Origin: Salpingoeca rosetta
Lineage: Eukaryota; Protista; Choanoflagellata
Assembly (NCBI GenBank): GCA_033442325.1
Contig: JAWQFM010000014.1
Location: 835,792 to 899,791 of the forward strand
Reading direction: 5' to 3'
Length of the DNA stretch: 64,000 nucleotides
Shown: one piece after another, positions 11,709 to 27,400 of the stretch
Position numbering within the stretch: position 1 is the stretch's first letter
Layout of the letters: each line of letters starts with the position of its first letter
Notes under the pieces: generated by a model
The model's input: only the letters and a program-made list of their open reading frames with translations
Told to the model about the DNA's origin: nothing
Database searches by the model: none
Made by a program: the position numbers and the translations under genes

Positions 11709-11984
11709 ATGTGTTTGTGTGTGTTTGAGTGCGGCTGTGTATGTGTGTGTGCGTGTGTGGTTTTATTGCAGTCACGTGACACTTGATATCCGTCTGACCA
11801 CCCCACTTGTCCTCACCATCACCGTTGACCCTCTCCTTTCCGTCCACCTCCAACAGTGGGCCCCGTGTTTGCCGGCGCGCTGTACATCGAGTACTTCAAC
11901 GAGGAGACGATTGCTGCCGTTGTCCGCGGTGTCACCGATCGCATCAAGCAGGCCCGCGCTCTCAAGGATGCTGCCAAGGACTGA
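9726..11984 (+). CDS. Protein with an uncharacterised N-terminal beta-rich tandem domain, a SAM domain and a TIR (TIR_2-type) domain
   Basis: Exons 9726-10368, 10787-11632 and 11857-11984 join in frame (phase 1/1). SAM: [64 protein letters not shown]: [88 protein letters not shown]...[19 protein letters not shown]. An upstream in-frame ATG near 9597 is an alternative start. Confidence 0.88.
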
Positions 11985-12335
11985 TGCTGCCCTGCTTGGG
12001 AAGCGCAGGAGGCCGGGGGTGTTGGGTTGTGGTGGTGATGTTTGTGCGTGATTCATGCATATCCGTGCGTTTGATTTACTTGTGTGGGTGTGCTGTTATC
12101 TCAGTGTTTTCCATTTGCTTCACGTGTGATTGTGTTGCGGATTAATGGTCGGTTATTATGTTACAGCAAAAGAGGGGAGTAACGCCAAAACACGGCCTGT
12201 ATGATGATGCAATAGTTTGTGTACATGTATGCGTGTGCGTTTGGGATGTATGTGCTTGTAAGAGTGTGTACATGTGTGTGCATGTGTGCGTCGATCAAAA
12301 TAAACCGTATGTTCCCTTCGACACCAAGCCGAACA

Positions 12336-15295
12336 TCACGGGGATGTGTTGAGCATTGGCACGAGTGTGCAGCGGAGAAAGGAGAGAACGCCATCGCCAG
12401 CAACCAGCGCAGCCGTCTGTTCAACAAAGTTGTGCACATATACGCGCCGCACATGCGCACCTGGTGTCGTTGATGGGAAGTGGAGAAGCCGTGGTGTGTG
12501 CACGTGCGAGTGAGTGAGTGCGAGTGAGTGTGTGTGTGAGTGAGTGAGTGAGTGAGTGAGTGCGTGAGCGAGTGAGTGAGTGAGTGAGTGAGTGAGTGAG
12601 TGAGTGCCGTGGCGGCCTTCCTTCCAACACAGTCACAAGAGCACACTAGATGTTCGACGACCTGCACCATCACATAACTCCGACAGCAAACACGTGACAA
12701 GACAACACACAGGGCAGGTCAACATGGCCCTCCGTGCCACATCACATGGCCCTCCGTGCCACATCACATGACACCACCACATCATGTGACCACGCACGTT
12801 TGATGCGTCGAAGACAGGCAGCGAGTGTGTTGAGGTGCTGGCGCTCGTTCGCATTCAGCGCATTGTCTGCAAGCGGCAGTGGCGGCCATGAAAAACACCT
12901 GAACACAACACGTTTGGCGCAAGCAGGCGGGAGGGAGCGAGTGTTGTGTTGTGTTGTGAGTGAGCGAGTGAGCGAGTGAGTGAGGGTGAGGATATATATG
13001 TGTGTGTGTGTACGCGCTGTAACGTGCAAAGTGAGAGTGAAGAGCATGCGATAAAGTGTGTGAGCAAATTCCAGCACGCATGTTGCACATACGCGGTGTA
13101 TCTCATCCGCCACCTTCACGCGTGCGCACCTGTCATTTGCATGGCCGTCTTCGCCCTTTGTTCGATCATGGAATCGGAAATTTCGTCCACCCAACTTCGC
13201 GTTGAGCTCTTGCAGGTACAGCGCTGTCTTTCCCATCTGCACATTGTCAGACAGGGGGGGGGGGGGTCGTGTCAGCTCACACGAGATGGAGATTGGTACA
13301 GGTGGGAAAGTGCAGTAAGAAACGAAGTACGCACACAGACACAAACAGACAGATACGCAGACACGCAGACACACACACACACACACTTACATACACACGC
13401 ATATATACTTACACACACACACACACACACATACACACACCAGCTTGTGTCGGGGCCAGGTGGCGTCAAAGGGGAGCGGGAGAGCAAAGCATTCTTCGCT
13501 GGCCATAAATTCCTGCGAATCGCTCCACACGTTGACAGCGAGAGACCACGCGCTGTTAGAGCGCACGCGGTGCAGCCAATACGGGGGTAGGTACAGGAGG
13601 TCGCCCGGGTGGAGGGTCACGTGCATCATGTCGCGCGCATAGGCGGCCTCGACGTCACGCCACGCGTCCTGTGGAAAAAATGGGGGAGCGGGGAGGGGCA
13701 CGTGTGTCAATAGGCAGGCCGGGGGGCGGGCGGACGGGAGCCATCGACGCACGAGGCACAGTCGGGGAGGTGAAAGCGCTACGCGGCAGGCAAACACGCG
13801 AACACACAAACATGGACAGACAAGTGGAGAGCTGTCTTCCTCGCACACAAATAATATTGCAGACAGACAGACAGACGGCTAGCCAGACACACAGAGAGAC
13901 AGACACACAGACAAGCAGACAGACACACATACATACAGACAGACATACATACAGACATACATACAGACACACACACATGCACACACACAGACACACACAC
14001 ACAGACACACAGACAGACAGACAGACACACACACACACACAGGCGCAGTCATCTCACGGCAGCCTGGCGATAGAGCGGGTGCAAGCTGGAATGAAAGCGA
14101 ACACGCGCATCAATGAAGGTGGGCGGGAGAATGGTGAACGTCTTGGTGCCTGCAAGCACTGCATAGACGTTGTGGCTGGTGTCGTAATGCAGGGCCGCCG
14201 TGGTGTTGCCGTTACCGATCCACACATTGATGTGAGCAGGGGCATCAGCATCCTCCCGCACGGCCAGCGTGCTCAAGTTTGCCACGTCTCGCAGCCGCTG
14301 TTTGTCAAGCATGACCTCAGCCGGGCCCGATGCGTACCGATACATGCCCTCGATGGTGTCCCACTTGCTGTCATCCAAGATGGTGGTCAGCCTGGCCAGA
14401 GATTCCTTGTACGCCTTTCGAGTCACTTTGCTCCCATACCGATTGCTATCCTCCAGCAGCATGGCTTCATTAAAGTACAGGAACTCTGACGATGATCCCT
14501 GGAACGACGACGGTATTGAGCAGAGACAATATCGGCGGAGACATCAATGCATGTGTGTGTACGTGTGTGTATGTGTGTGTATGTGTGCGCGAGAGAGAGG
14601 ATGGTCGTGAAGCAAGAGAGCGCTTGTGGCAAGCAAGTCACGAAGGGAGAGAGAGAAGAGCAGACTACAATGCAGTTGAGAAGCACACCGTGGTGTCACA
14701 AAGCATCCCGCAGCCAGTGTGGCCAGCAGGCGTCACCGAATTCCGCCTAGTATCTCCACATACCTGGTATTTGACGGGAACCGCCTTTGACAACTTGGTT
14801 GCCAGAGACAGTAGTGTCCAGCCGAAGCAAGGCGCAACCTCGTGCAGTGGAACCCCCTCAATCACAACTGGCGCGTTCATGCCCTGAAGCTGTGCATGCG
14901 GAAATCAAAGGGGGATGGTGATGTCGGGAACAGAAGGTGACAAGTGGGCAGAAGTACACAGAGGTGAGCGCATCGGTGAAAGCATGTCACGCACACACAC
15001 ACACGAACATACAAAACACGGACACAAGCTATACATAAGCTGTGCACAAGCTGCACGGACACACACATCGACAGACAGACAGACAGACAGACAGACACAG
15101 ACACAGACAGACAGACAGACACAGACACACAGATACACGAACAGAAATACAGAGTCATACCTGTTGAAAGATGTCTGGCTTGTAGGAGACGCGCAACTCG
15201 GACGCTGTGCCAGAGGTAAAGAACAAACCCACTACCCAAGCCACAAAGGTGACACCTAACAGCATCAACACTGACCTGAACGGTGTCATCATCAT
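12336..15295 (-). CDS. JmjC (cupin-8-like) Fe(II)/2-oxoglutarate oxygenase with N-terminal signal peptide/anchor
   Basis: Exons give [26 protein letters not shown]..., [44 protein letters not shown] and [22 protein letters not shown]...SLAVNVW. The HxD...H triad and the 2OG-binding Lys are intact. The C-terminal exons and the stop at 12336-12338 are less certain. Confidence 0.85.
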
Positions 15296-15424
15296 CTGCT
15301 GCTCACCGCCTTCGCCGTCGCCACAACCACGTCTGCCACCGCCACCGACAGGTCTGCCAGCCACTTCAAGTTCTGAACATTGTTGGAAATCATTCGCGAA
15401 AATTCAGCAACATAACGGAACGTG
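15296..15424. promoter_or_regulatory. Putative bidirectional promoter (JmjC gene / CAMKMT)
   Basis: About 130 nt between divergent start codons, with a locally AT-richer core (GGAAATCATTCGCGAAAATTCAG). Confidence 0.55.
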
Positions 15425-17542
<2,118 letters not shown>

Positions 17543-17915
17543 CATCTCAACTCTTGTCAAACCAGCCTCATATGCCTTGTTCTAGCTTGTGTATGTGTGT
17601 GTGTGTGTGTGCGTGTGCCTGTGTGTCTGTGTGTCTCTGCGTGTGAAGGCGCTGCGTCGCAAGCGTGTACAGTTTGCAAGTGCTGTGCGCTGTTGTTTTC
17701 GTTTATTTCCACGCACACACGCGTGACCTCCAGTCTTGTACACAAGCAAGCAGACGCCCCCTTTGCACACAAATACATAATCGACAAGCTGAAAAAGGCG
17801 ACTTGCTTCCTTGCTCGCTGTTTTGCTGACTCAAAACAAGACAAGGGAGGAAGCAGGAATTGATGTGATGGCACCAGTTGCTGCAGCACTACCAACACTA
17901 CTCTACACCACACGC

Positions 17916-20317
17916 TCACAACATGCAGAGCTGGAGTGTTGCGCGCAGCCTTGCTGCGTCCTCTCGCAGCAGTTGCATGGTGTTGTGCAGCGACTGCACA
18001 TGTACGCGCGGTGATCGGGTTGTAGTTCTCGCTGGGGTTGTGGCAGGCGGTGCGGTGGGCAGAGCCGTCACAGTGACGTGCATCGGTTGATGTATCCTGC
18101 TGTGTCGCATGCGCACTGTGTCGTTGGTCTGGCCACACGCTTCGGTGTCTCCAAACGCGTGTCGCCCATCCTTCTCACCAACACCTGCACACGTGATGCT
18201 GTGCCTGCTGTCATCGCTGCTGGCCACGCTGCCGTCGAGCTGTTCGTGGCAGCGACAACGACGACGACTGCTATCATCATCCCTCTCACACGGTTCATCA
18301 CCTAATCTCTCACCCTCGCCACCACGATCAATCTCACCATTGCCACCATTACCACCACCGCAATCATCTTCATCACCACATCCACCTTCACCACCCTCCC
18401 TGCCGTCCACACCACCACCACCACCACTACCAGCCATATCCAGCTGCCGCTGCTGCCGTAGAATGATCTGTCGCTGTACCTGCAATGCCATCCGCAGCTC
18501 GGCAATGGTCCGTGTCGACATCTGCAGCGCCTCCAACACGGGCTCCATGCTCTCGCTCACACCGCCAGCACCAACAGCACGTTCGTCGCCACCGCATCGT
18601 CCACCACAACAAACATCATCGTTCTCGGCACAACCGTGACCGTGAGCGCGCTGGCCACGGTTTGGTCCGCGCCGCTCGGCGCTGGTGCACAGCGATGACA
18701 ACGACGATGACGATGAACTTGACGATGGCGGTGGTGTTGGCGGCAACGATGCTGCTGACACGATGCATGGTGGGGAGGAGAGAAGTGCGGAAGTATTTGG
18801 TGATGATCTTGCACTGGATGGCGCTGGGGTGGGTGGAAGATTGTCTGCGAGCAACACCTGCTGCTCCTTCTTTTCAAATGAAGCAGACGCATGCTGTGGG
18901 TGCGGATGCAGCGAAGGGTGGCTGCTCATGCTGCGTTCATCCTCATGTTGCACACTGCCGTATCGTGTGCCGTGTGTGTCATGCGTGCGCGTGCGTCGTT
19001 TCTCCATTGCACGCAATTTGGTCACGAGTTTCAACAAGTCTGCGTTCTCCGCTGCCAGCCGCTGCCGTTCTGCGTTGCATGTCTCAAACATGGTCCTCCA
19101 AAACACAGCGTCTGTGTCTTCCTGCGACAGAGCTTCGCGCCTGCTGGCAGGCATGGGTGATGGTGGTGGTGAAGAACGCTGCGCACTGACAGGCAGTCGA
19201 AACAGCGGAGGAGAAGTGTGCGGTGTTGCTGTTGGTGGTGATGCTGGTAGTGGTGTTGGTTCTGATACAAGAGCTGTTGCAGCTTCCAGCGAGGCTGTGC
19301 CGTGTGATGCTTGGCTCAATGGGACAGGCTGAGGTGAGATGGAGTGCTGGCGGGAGGTATGCTGTGGGTCGGGCCACATCTTGAGCAGCTTCTGCGTGGA
19401 TCTGCTGCTCTCACGGAGACACGCGGTGACGAAGGTCAGCTTGTTGCAAGTGAGTTGCTTCGTCAACTCGAATACGTCGTGTGGCACCATGCCGATCAGG
19501 TCTTGCCCATTCATTGTCAGCAGCACTTCTCCTGCATCGAACATTGCCGAAGCAGAGACATGGAATGTACATGTGAGCGTTGTGGACTACTTTGCATCAC
19601 ACTCTTGATTCAAGAACACGAGCACTGCAAGCACGGTATCATTGAGCGTGGCGAAGGTGCAGCTACAGCGTAAAGTGCGCAAGTTCCAAAAATCGTGCAG
19701 TCACACACATCACAATGTCACAATCGATCGACGCATGCACCCCAGGAGACGTATGCTCTCTGGTACAAACCAACCTTGTTCGAAGCCAGCAGATGAAGCC
19801 AGCGTGCATCGGCGACAGCGCACAACTTCCACCACCAGATCTTGCAGCGCTGGCACAAAGGCAGATGCCAGCACCAACCCCTGTTGTATGTGTGCGCAAA
19901 TGTGTGTGTGTGTGTGTGCGTGTCGAGGGCAGGGTTGGAAGTGAGAATGTGAAGCAAAGCACGATACCCCGCTCGTACGAGCATGCGTTTGCACTCTCGT
20001 AGCGCCATACTCCCCCCTGCCCCAGGTCAAACGATCACAGTGGTGCGTACGATGGCGTCGTTGTGCTGGTGCTTCACGACGCTGCGAATCTGGAAGCCAG
20101 AGAACCCAGCGTGTTCCCATGCCGTCAGCTTGTCCTCGGGAACGCTTGCCAGTGCCACAGCGCTTGTTGCTCTCAGTGGTGTCAGGCACGCCTTCATCGA
20201 CGGTGAAGGACGCGACGCCGGCGTTCGAGGCGGCGTCCGCATCACTTTTGCCAGCATTCCCCCTGCTTGGTGCACTGCTTCCTCATCGCCGCTGCCGCCT
20301 TTCGCTGTCATCATCAT
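17916..20317 (-). CDS. Hypothetical protein with a degenerate PDZ-like domain and coiled coils
   Basis: First exon MMMTAKGG...FSGFQIRSVVKH. The long exon (ORF 17916-19544) starts ASAMFDAGEVLLTMNGQDLIGMVPHDVFELTKQLTCNKLTF, resembling the PDZ C-terminal half GD.IL.VNG..L....H. Coiled-coil segments AERQRLAAENADLLKLVTKLR and IAELRMALQVQRQ follow. The 3' end may splice on past 17916. Confidence 0.6.
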
Positions 20318-20419
20318 TGCTGGTTGGTCCTGCCACCAAAATTTCAAATTGCAGAATAGCTTGCATATCTTCACCTACATTTCTACAACCGCACCAGCGC
20401 TGATGAAGAGGATGAAAAG
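20318..20419. promoter_or_regulatory. Putative bidirectional promoter (PDZ-like gene / RCC1-repeat gene)
   Basis: About 100 nt between divergent ATGs, with AT-rich core CCAAAATTTCAAATTGC. Confidence 0.5.
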
Positions 20420-21061
20420 ATGACTTTGCGTTGGCCTCCTGCTTCATCGTCGTTGTCGCCGCCTTCGCGGCGGGTTGTGCTTGGCTCTGAGGAGCAGTGG
20501 CAGCCCAGGGCGACAACAGCAGCACCGCCTTCCAGTGAAGATGAGGTGATGTGCGTTGGGTGGAATGCGGTGGTATCTCGTTCCTGGTTGGAGCAGGAAC
20601 TGCAGCGCGGAGTGAGTCCAGTCCTGAAGGCTCGCAGACAAGAAGAAGCATTTATTGAAGAGGCTGTCAACGATGAGGACGAGGATGAAGAAGTCCAAGC
20701 GGGCATGCTGCTCCAGCAAGCCGCGTGCAGCTGGTCCTGTGTTTGTGCATTGACCACGAAAGCAATATTGAAACACAGGCCCCAGCAGGAAACGATCAGT
20801 GGTCCTGATACGGGAGCAGGCCGTACGTACGAAAACCAAGGGCGCTTGCACTTGACTGTGCTTCGGCCGGGCAAATCACCGCATGCGCCTGCAGCAGTGC
20901 TGACTCACAGCCCGCTTCCAACGTATGGTGCGTACGGGTTCTACAATGCTCCCGTTCTGTGTGTCAGCGGTTCCGTGGCTTTGTGGGGTTGAGAGTTTTG
21001 CAGTTCTGTGCATCAGCAGCTGTGCGGTTGCGGTATGTGTGTGTGTGTGTGCGCGCGTGCT

Positions 21062-21136
<75 letters not shown>

Positions 21137-21657
21137 AGTTGAAGTTTTGTGCACATAAGTGCCACTTGATGTGGCTCGGAAAAGGCATGTGTCTCCTCCA
21201 GTCCTGTTGACGTCTCTCAAACCATGCCTCTTGCTCATGTTTGGTTGGCGATGCTGCAGAGCAGCAAGTGCGGCTGTGCTGCCAGAGCGAGCGCATCGTG
21301 GTCGCGGCTGTTGAAGACGAACGCAGCAGCAGACACCAGCAGGGCGAAGTAGGAGCAGACGTCCTGTTTGAGGCCGCAATAGCCGCAGAGCAAACAACAA
21401 GCACAAGACCCACAGTCACAGGGCAAGCAGAGCAACGAAGTGAAGCGGGTATGCTCGCCTGGATTCCAGTTCCCTTTCCACGCTTTCGCAAGATCAAGCA
21501 GCTGGCTTGTGGCAAAACACACAGCATGGTGCTGGACACGCACGGCGATGTCTGGGCATGGGGACGCGGCGGTTTTGGCCAGCTTGGCCACGGCTCCATC
21601 CACGACGAGCCAACTCCAAGGTCTGTGTGTGTACGTGTGTGTGTACGTGTGTATGTA

Positions 21658-21688
<31 letters not shown>

Positions 21689-23116
21689 TGTGTGTGTATG
21701 TGTGTGTGTCGTGTATGTGTGTGTGTGTGTGCCTGTGCGTGTGAGCATGTACCCCTCAGTATGCAACCTGCAACTGCTCAATCCCATTCGGGTCCCTCAC
21801 TGCGCTGACCTCCAGGCCAGTGGAGGCGCTGCAAGGCATGTGCATGTCCATGATTGCTGCCGGTGGGTGGCACTCGCTCGTTCTCTCATCTTCAGGGGAT
21901 GTCTACTCATTTGGCTGGAACAACCACCACCAGCTCGGTCCGTTTGGTGCTGTGTTCATTGTGGCCATTGCATTGTGTTCATCGTGTGCATGTGTGTGCG
22001 CATGTATATGCGTGTGTATGCGCGTGTGTAGGTGTGTACACGTCGACTGCGTTGACGTTTAGCGTTTATCTTATATGTTACCGCGCCTGCAACTGCTCGT
22101 ATCTACTGCGCATGACAATTAACATCTCTGAACCATGCAGGCCGGGACACGACGGACACACCGCCTGCAGTGCCAGGGCTGATTGAGCTGGAAGAAAGCA
22201 GTGACAGCACGGCTGACAACGAACAAACTCATTCTCTCCGACATGGCGAGGACGGTGCGTGAGTTTCTGTTCGTTCTGAGTCGTGTTTTATGTTGGCTTG
22301 CGCTGCATTGCACTGTTTATGTATGGCACAGTGAATGTGTTGTGAGATCCGTGTATTTGCATGGCTTATGGTAGCTTGTGCTTCACCGATATCAATCTTG
22401 CTGACACTCTCTTCTCTCCCTCACCGGTCGTGCGATGGCAGTTGTTTCTGTTGCATGTGGATCTGCTCACAGCTACGCCGTCACATCTGTCGGGCAGGTG
22501 TTTGGCTGGGGCTGGGGTGAGTAAGCTGCCATGTTTGTATGTGTGCATGTACGTGTGCGCGTGTACGTGTGCGCGTGTACGTGTGTGCACTTGTGTGCGT
22601 GTACGTGTGTGCACGTGTATGTAAGTGTGCGTGTGTGTGCGTGTGTGTAAGAGTTGTGTAAGTGTGTATGATTGCGCTGAATAACCGTGCCTGACTGATT
22701 GATAAAACCTCTGCCGCGCTGCTGCTTTTGTTTCACAGCTGAGCATGGGCAGTTTGGCCCAAACACAAAGGAGAGTCATGTGATCAAACCAACCGTCATT
22801 CCCTTCCTTCAACAACACACTGTACGTGTCTCCCACCACGTACGCTTGCTGCAGTTCATGCTTGTGCGTTCGTGGGTGTGTGGGTGTTTTCGTGCGCGAC
22901 TGATGGTTTCTTGCTACGATACGCACACAGAGGCACACACACACGCGCGCACACACGCACACACACACAGACACACACAGACACACACTTACTCAAACGC
23001 ACACACACTTACTCAAACGCACACACAATCACATGTGCACGCTACAATGTCAGGTTCGCTGTATTCTGTCTCAGCATTCAAGCTGGGGAGGTGTTTGTCT
23101 CCTTGCCAAAGAATGA
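20420..23116 (+). CDS. RCC1-repeat protein (RCCD1-like)
   Basis: Three RCC1 repeats over several exons: IKQLACGKTHSMVLDTHGDVWAWGRGGFGQLG, MIAAGGWHSLVLSSSGDVYSFGWNNHHQLG and VVSVACGSAHSYAVTSVGQVFGWGWAEHGQFG. The last exon VRCILSQHSSWGGVCLLAKE ends at TGA 23114-23116. The N-terminal exon structure is uncertain. Confidence 0.8.
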
Positions 23117-23396
23117 AACCATGCCGTCAGCACAGACACCGGCGAACATGCACCCGCTATGGTTATGTAGTCCTTCTTCCTCCTCCGCCCCCACTCCCCT
23201 TTGTTTCTTCGCTACACGTATCTTGTTTACTTTACAACTGAGAAGAACAAAGCAAAGTGGTTGGCGAGTCAAGGTATGGTCGCTGCCACCATTTCGCGTA
23301 CGTACACGACTGGCCAATCAAGTAACGTTGCCAACAACAAACACAAGAGTGGCAAGCTTTGCTTGGTAAACGAACAGAAACCCTTTTGCTCCACAA

Positions 23397-23471
<75 letters not shown>

Positions 23472-23580
23472 CTCACACACACACACAATCCCTCTCTCTC
23501 TCGGTCTCTCAGCATCTTCTTTGAGCTTCTGCCTCACACACACACGTGTACACACACACACACACACACACACATACATC

Positions 23581-24354
23581 TCACATGTCTGCACTGGTGA
23601 CCTCCAGTGAGGCGTTGGCCAGCACGAGCGACACTTCATCCTCCGGGTTGCACGCCACGTGCGCTGCCGCAACCACCAGCCGATGCCGCCCGCTTTCGCA
23701 CAGGATCGGGATGGCAAGCGTGTGTGCCGGCTGCTGGTTTCCGGAGCTGTCGCGCAGCATCACGGGCTGTGCATCCCACACCATCTCAGGCCCGCCGTCG
23801 CTCGTGAACGACTGCGCAGACGCCGACGGCCCCAAGCTGGCCCCATCACCACCACCACCACTCGATACATCACCACCTGGCACAGCTGCGGTGTGATCGC
23901 TCCTGGTGCTGGTGCCTTCGTCCTCGTCATCTTCATCTTCATCAATGACGATAACAGTTGGATGCGCGGGCTTTGCTGGGTCCTCCACGCACCGCACGAG
24001 CAGCCGGACCGGTGTTCCGGGCTCTTCGCTGCCCTCCGCCGCCTGCAGCACCTGGTCAGCTCCAACCACACCTGCAGCATCAAGCTCAAGACCTGTAAAC
24101 GTAAACGCACAGGGCGAAGGGGGTGTTGTGTTTGAGAGAAGCAGCAGCAATGACAAGAGAACAGTGAGTTGGTGGGCAGGCACACGACAAAGGCCAAATA
24201 CAACGTTGAAGCGCGCACAGAGAGAGAGAGAGAGNNNNNNNNNNNNNNNNNNNNNNNNNNNNNNNNNNNNNNNNNNNNNNNNNNNNNNNNNNNNNNNNNN
24301 NNNNNNNNNNNNNNNNNNNNNNNNNNNNNNNNNNAGAGAGAGAGAGAGAGAGAC

Positions 24355-24401
<47 letters not shown>

Positions 24402-27400
24402 CCACACACACCAAAAAAAAAAACACACTCACACACACACAAGCAAGCAACACGCACCATGGAGAGGGAATTGGGCGAGCACTTTGCCGGGGCAGGAGAC
24501 GTGTTCGCTGACAATCTGCGTGAGGAATGCGCCCGTGTCAATGGCGAGCGCGGCAAACATCGCCTGTGGGAAGGCTGTCATGCGCACATCCAACTGTACG
24601 GTCGGGAGTCGAGACACAAGGAAAACGAACATGGGCCATCATTGGGGATGAGCGAGTGGGGTCGACAGCAGCATGCTCGTCAACAGCGCGACAATCTCAC
24701 ACAAACATGCAAGCGGCGTCGAAGAAATCAACAACCAACTCAGCTAAACGTATTCACACACATTCACACACTCACACATTCACATTCACACACGCACATT
24801 CACACACGCACACACACACACACACATTCACACACACAAGCTAACCATGGGCGTTGGCGTTTTCTGCTCAAGGCACTTGACCATCTGCCACAGGCGATTG
24901 CACGCCGCCTGCACATACACGCGCAGAGGCACTTCCTCGCGATAGGCCTGCACATCCCAGATGGGCGGCACCCGGTCTCGGCTCGCACACAGGACGGTCA
25001 CCGCCAGAGTCGACTGGAATTGGGGAAGAGACAGGCAAGGGGGGGGGGGTTTCGACGTTGGCGTGAGAGGATTGCAACATGGCAATATGGACAAGTGGAA
25101 TGCTCGAGGCGAGCAACATCAAGTGAACAAAGTGATTGATATCACACACACGAACGCGTACAATACACCACAAAACAACACCACGCAACACAAACCACCG
25201 CACGACACAGCACAACCGATTGCAAAAGCTGACGGTGCGTGTGTCATTACCTGGGGGAAGGTTGGTGACGCCACAATCTGGCGAATCACAGCAGCGTCCT
25301 CGGCCATGCGCTGCAGCTGATCATAGATGGTGACAGCGGCGTTGTGTGCCAAGGCAAACACGCACGGGTAGGTCGACTTGAGTCTGGACGCCGCCAGCTG
25401 CTTCAGGCGATCACGCGGCAGCTTCTCCTGCATGCTCTCCACGTGGCGTTGGCAGAATGCCAGCACCTCCAAGCACTGGTCCTTTGTCGCAGCCTCCACC
25501 ACCTTGGTGCCAAGCGCGCTGCCCATCTCCAGACGCTGCACAGCGAGGGCAAGCGACTCCATGCGCGTCGCCTCTGACGACCGCGAGCGCCACATGCTGC
25601 CGAGCGTTCGGTCCTGCAGCAGCATCTCCGCCTCGTGTGGCAGGCCGTGGTCCAGCGACGCCGCAGCCTTCCACCAGCTGGCGAGCGCACTGCCGTCATT
25701 CCCGAGCGAAAAGCTCTCGTCGAGCACAGACAAGCTCTTGAGCGTCGACAGGATGTCACCGCCAAGGAACACACCCATCATTGTCTCAAGCAGACGCTGG
25801 TCCCAGTCGCTCGCAACCGCCCTGTAATGGTCGTCGTGGTGTGGTGATGGCGGCGGCGTACAGTTCATTCGCAGGGGAGATGAGGAGGGGAGCAAAAGAC
25901 ACATGAGCACACGCACACAAAAGCACACACACACACACATGCACGCAAAAGGGCGGGCGCACACACATGCACAAGAACAGGCAAAGACAGGCAAGTGCGC
26001 AGCACGACGTACAGCGAGTAATCAGCCAGTGCAATCTGCATGAGCTGCTGCTGGAGGTCTTGTGACGTCTTCAGCGCAGCCGCTGACGGCGATCGGATAA
26101 ACTCAAGCAAACGCGTCGTTGCACACACGAGATCCGTGTCGCTCAGCGGCGATGGCAGGAACCATCCTGCAACCACGCGGTAATTGAAGAACAGCCATGT
26201 GCGACGAAGCAATTGTCAGTTTCAGAGCCAAACGCACGCACATACATACACAAACAGACAATCGAACAGAGGCACACACACACACACACACACACACAAA
26301 CGAACAGAAGCACACACACACACACACAAGCGCAGGCACGCACAAAGAGCAGGTACCTTGGTGGGTTTCACGGCTGACAAAGGCGGCGTGACAAAGGGCA
26401 ACGGTGAACAGGACAAGGCGGGTGGTTGCGTCCTGTGCAGTCTCAATCACATCCCTGAACGAAAACGTGATGCGTTGGAAGTGCTCCAGAATCGTCGTTT
26501 CCCGCGTGAGCGAAATTGTCACGCACGAGCGAACCAGAGCAACAGGCAGCCTGGCGTCCTTGTCGCACAGCAGAACCAGCCGCGACGGGAACGTGGGTGA
26601 GCTTCCTCCAATGGTGGTGCTGCTGCTGAAGCCGCCACCACCACCACTGACACCACTGACACCACCGCCAATCACACCGACATCGCTGTTGTTGCTCTGC
26701 AGTGCAAATGCCACCAGCAGCGGGAACAGCGAGGGCTGCAGCTCAATGCGTTCGCACACAATCCAGGAGCGCGCGGTCATGGCCTTGTCCAGCACCGACC
26801 GCACATACTCCTCAGAGAGACAGCCAAAGCACAGGCGTATCACGCCCACACCACCACCACCACCGCCATTGGTAGCAGCACCACTCGCTCCGGTACTCGC
26901 TGGTGATTCGCCATTTGCGAGCTCATACAGGGCAGACACCACCTGTTCCTCGGGTTGGGTGGCCGAGTCCAGCAACAGCAGCACGGGGCTGGTGGGTGTC
27001 GGCTGCAGCTCGTCAATGTCGCACAGCTGTCGGTGCGTGGGTCGCCACGTGTGCGTGACGGCATCTGTCACCTTCCTGCGGTTCACCAGCGGCGTGGGCA
27101 ACCCAATGCCAAGTGCCTGCTGCGGCAGGTGTGTCAGCACGTACGAGTGCAGCTGCTCCAAGAACAGGTCGGGACGTAGGGCCCCCAGCACCAACAACCT
27201 GTAGAATTCAAGCACGTCAGCGTTGTGGCGGTCCATGTCGTAGGCGAACGTTGTTGGCATGTCCTTGTATGTCGCCCGCACGCGTCCGCACCATTCTTGC
27301 CATTCGCTCGAGTGGCACACCTGCCCATGCATGTGTGAGAGTGTGAGAATGTGTGTGTGTACATGTGTGGGAATATGTACATATATAAATGTGTGTGTGT

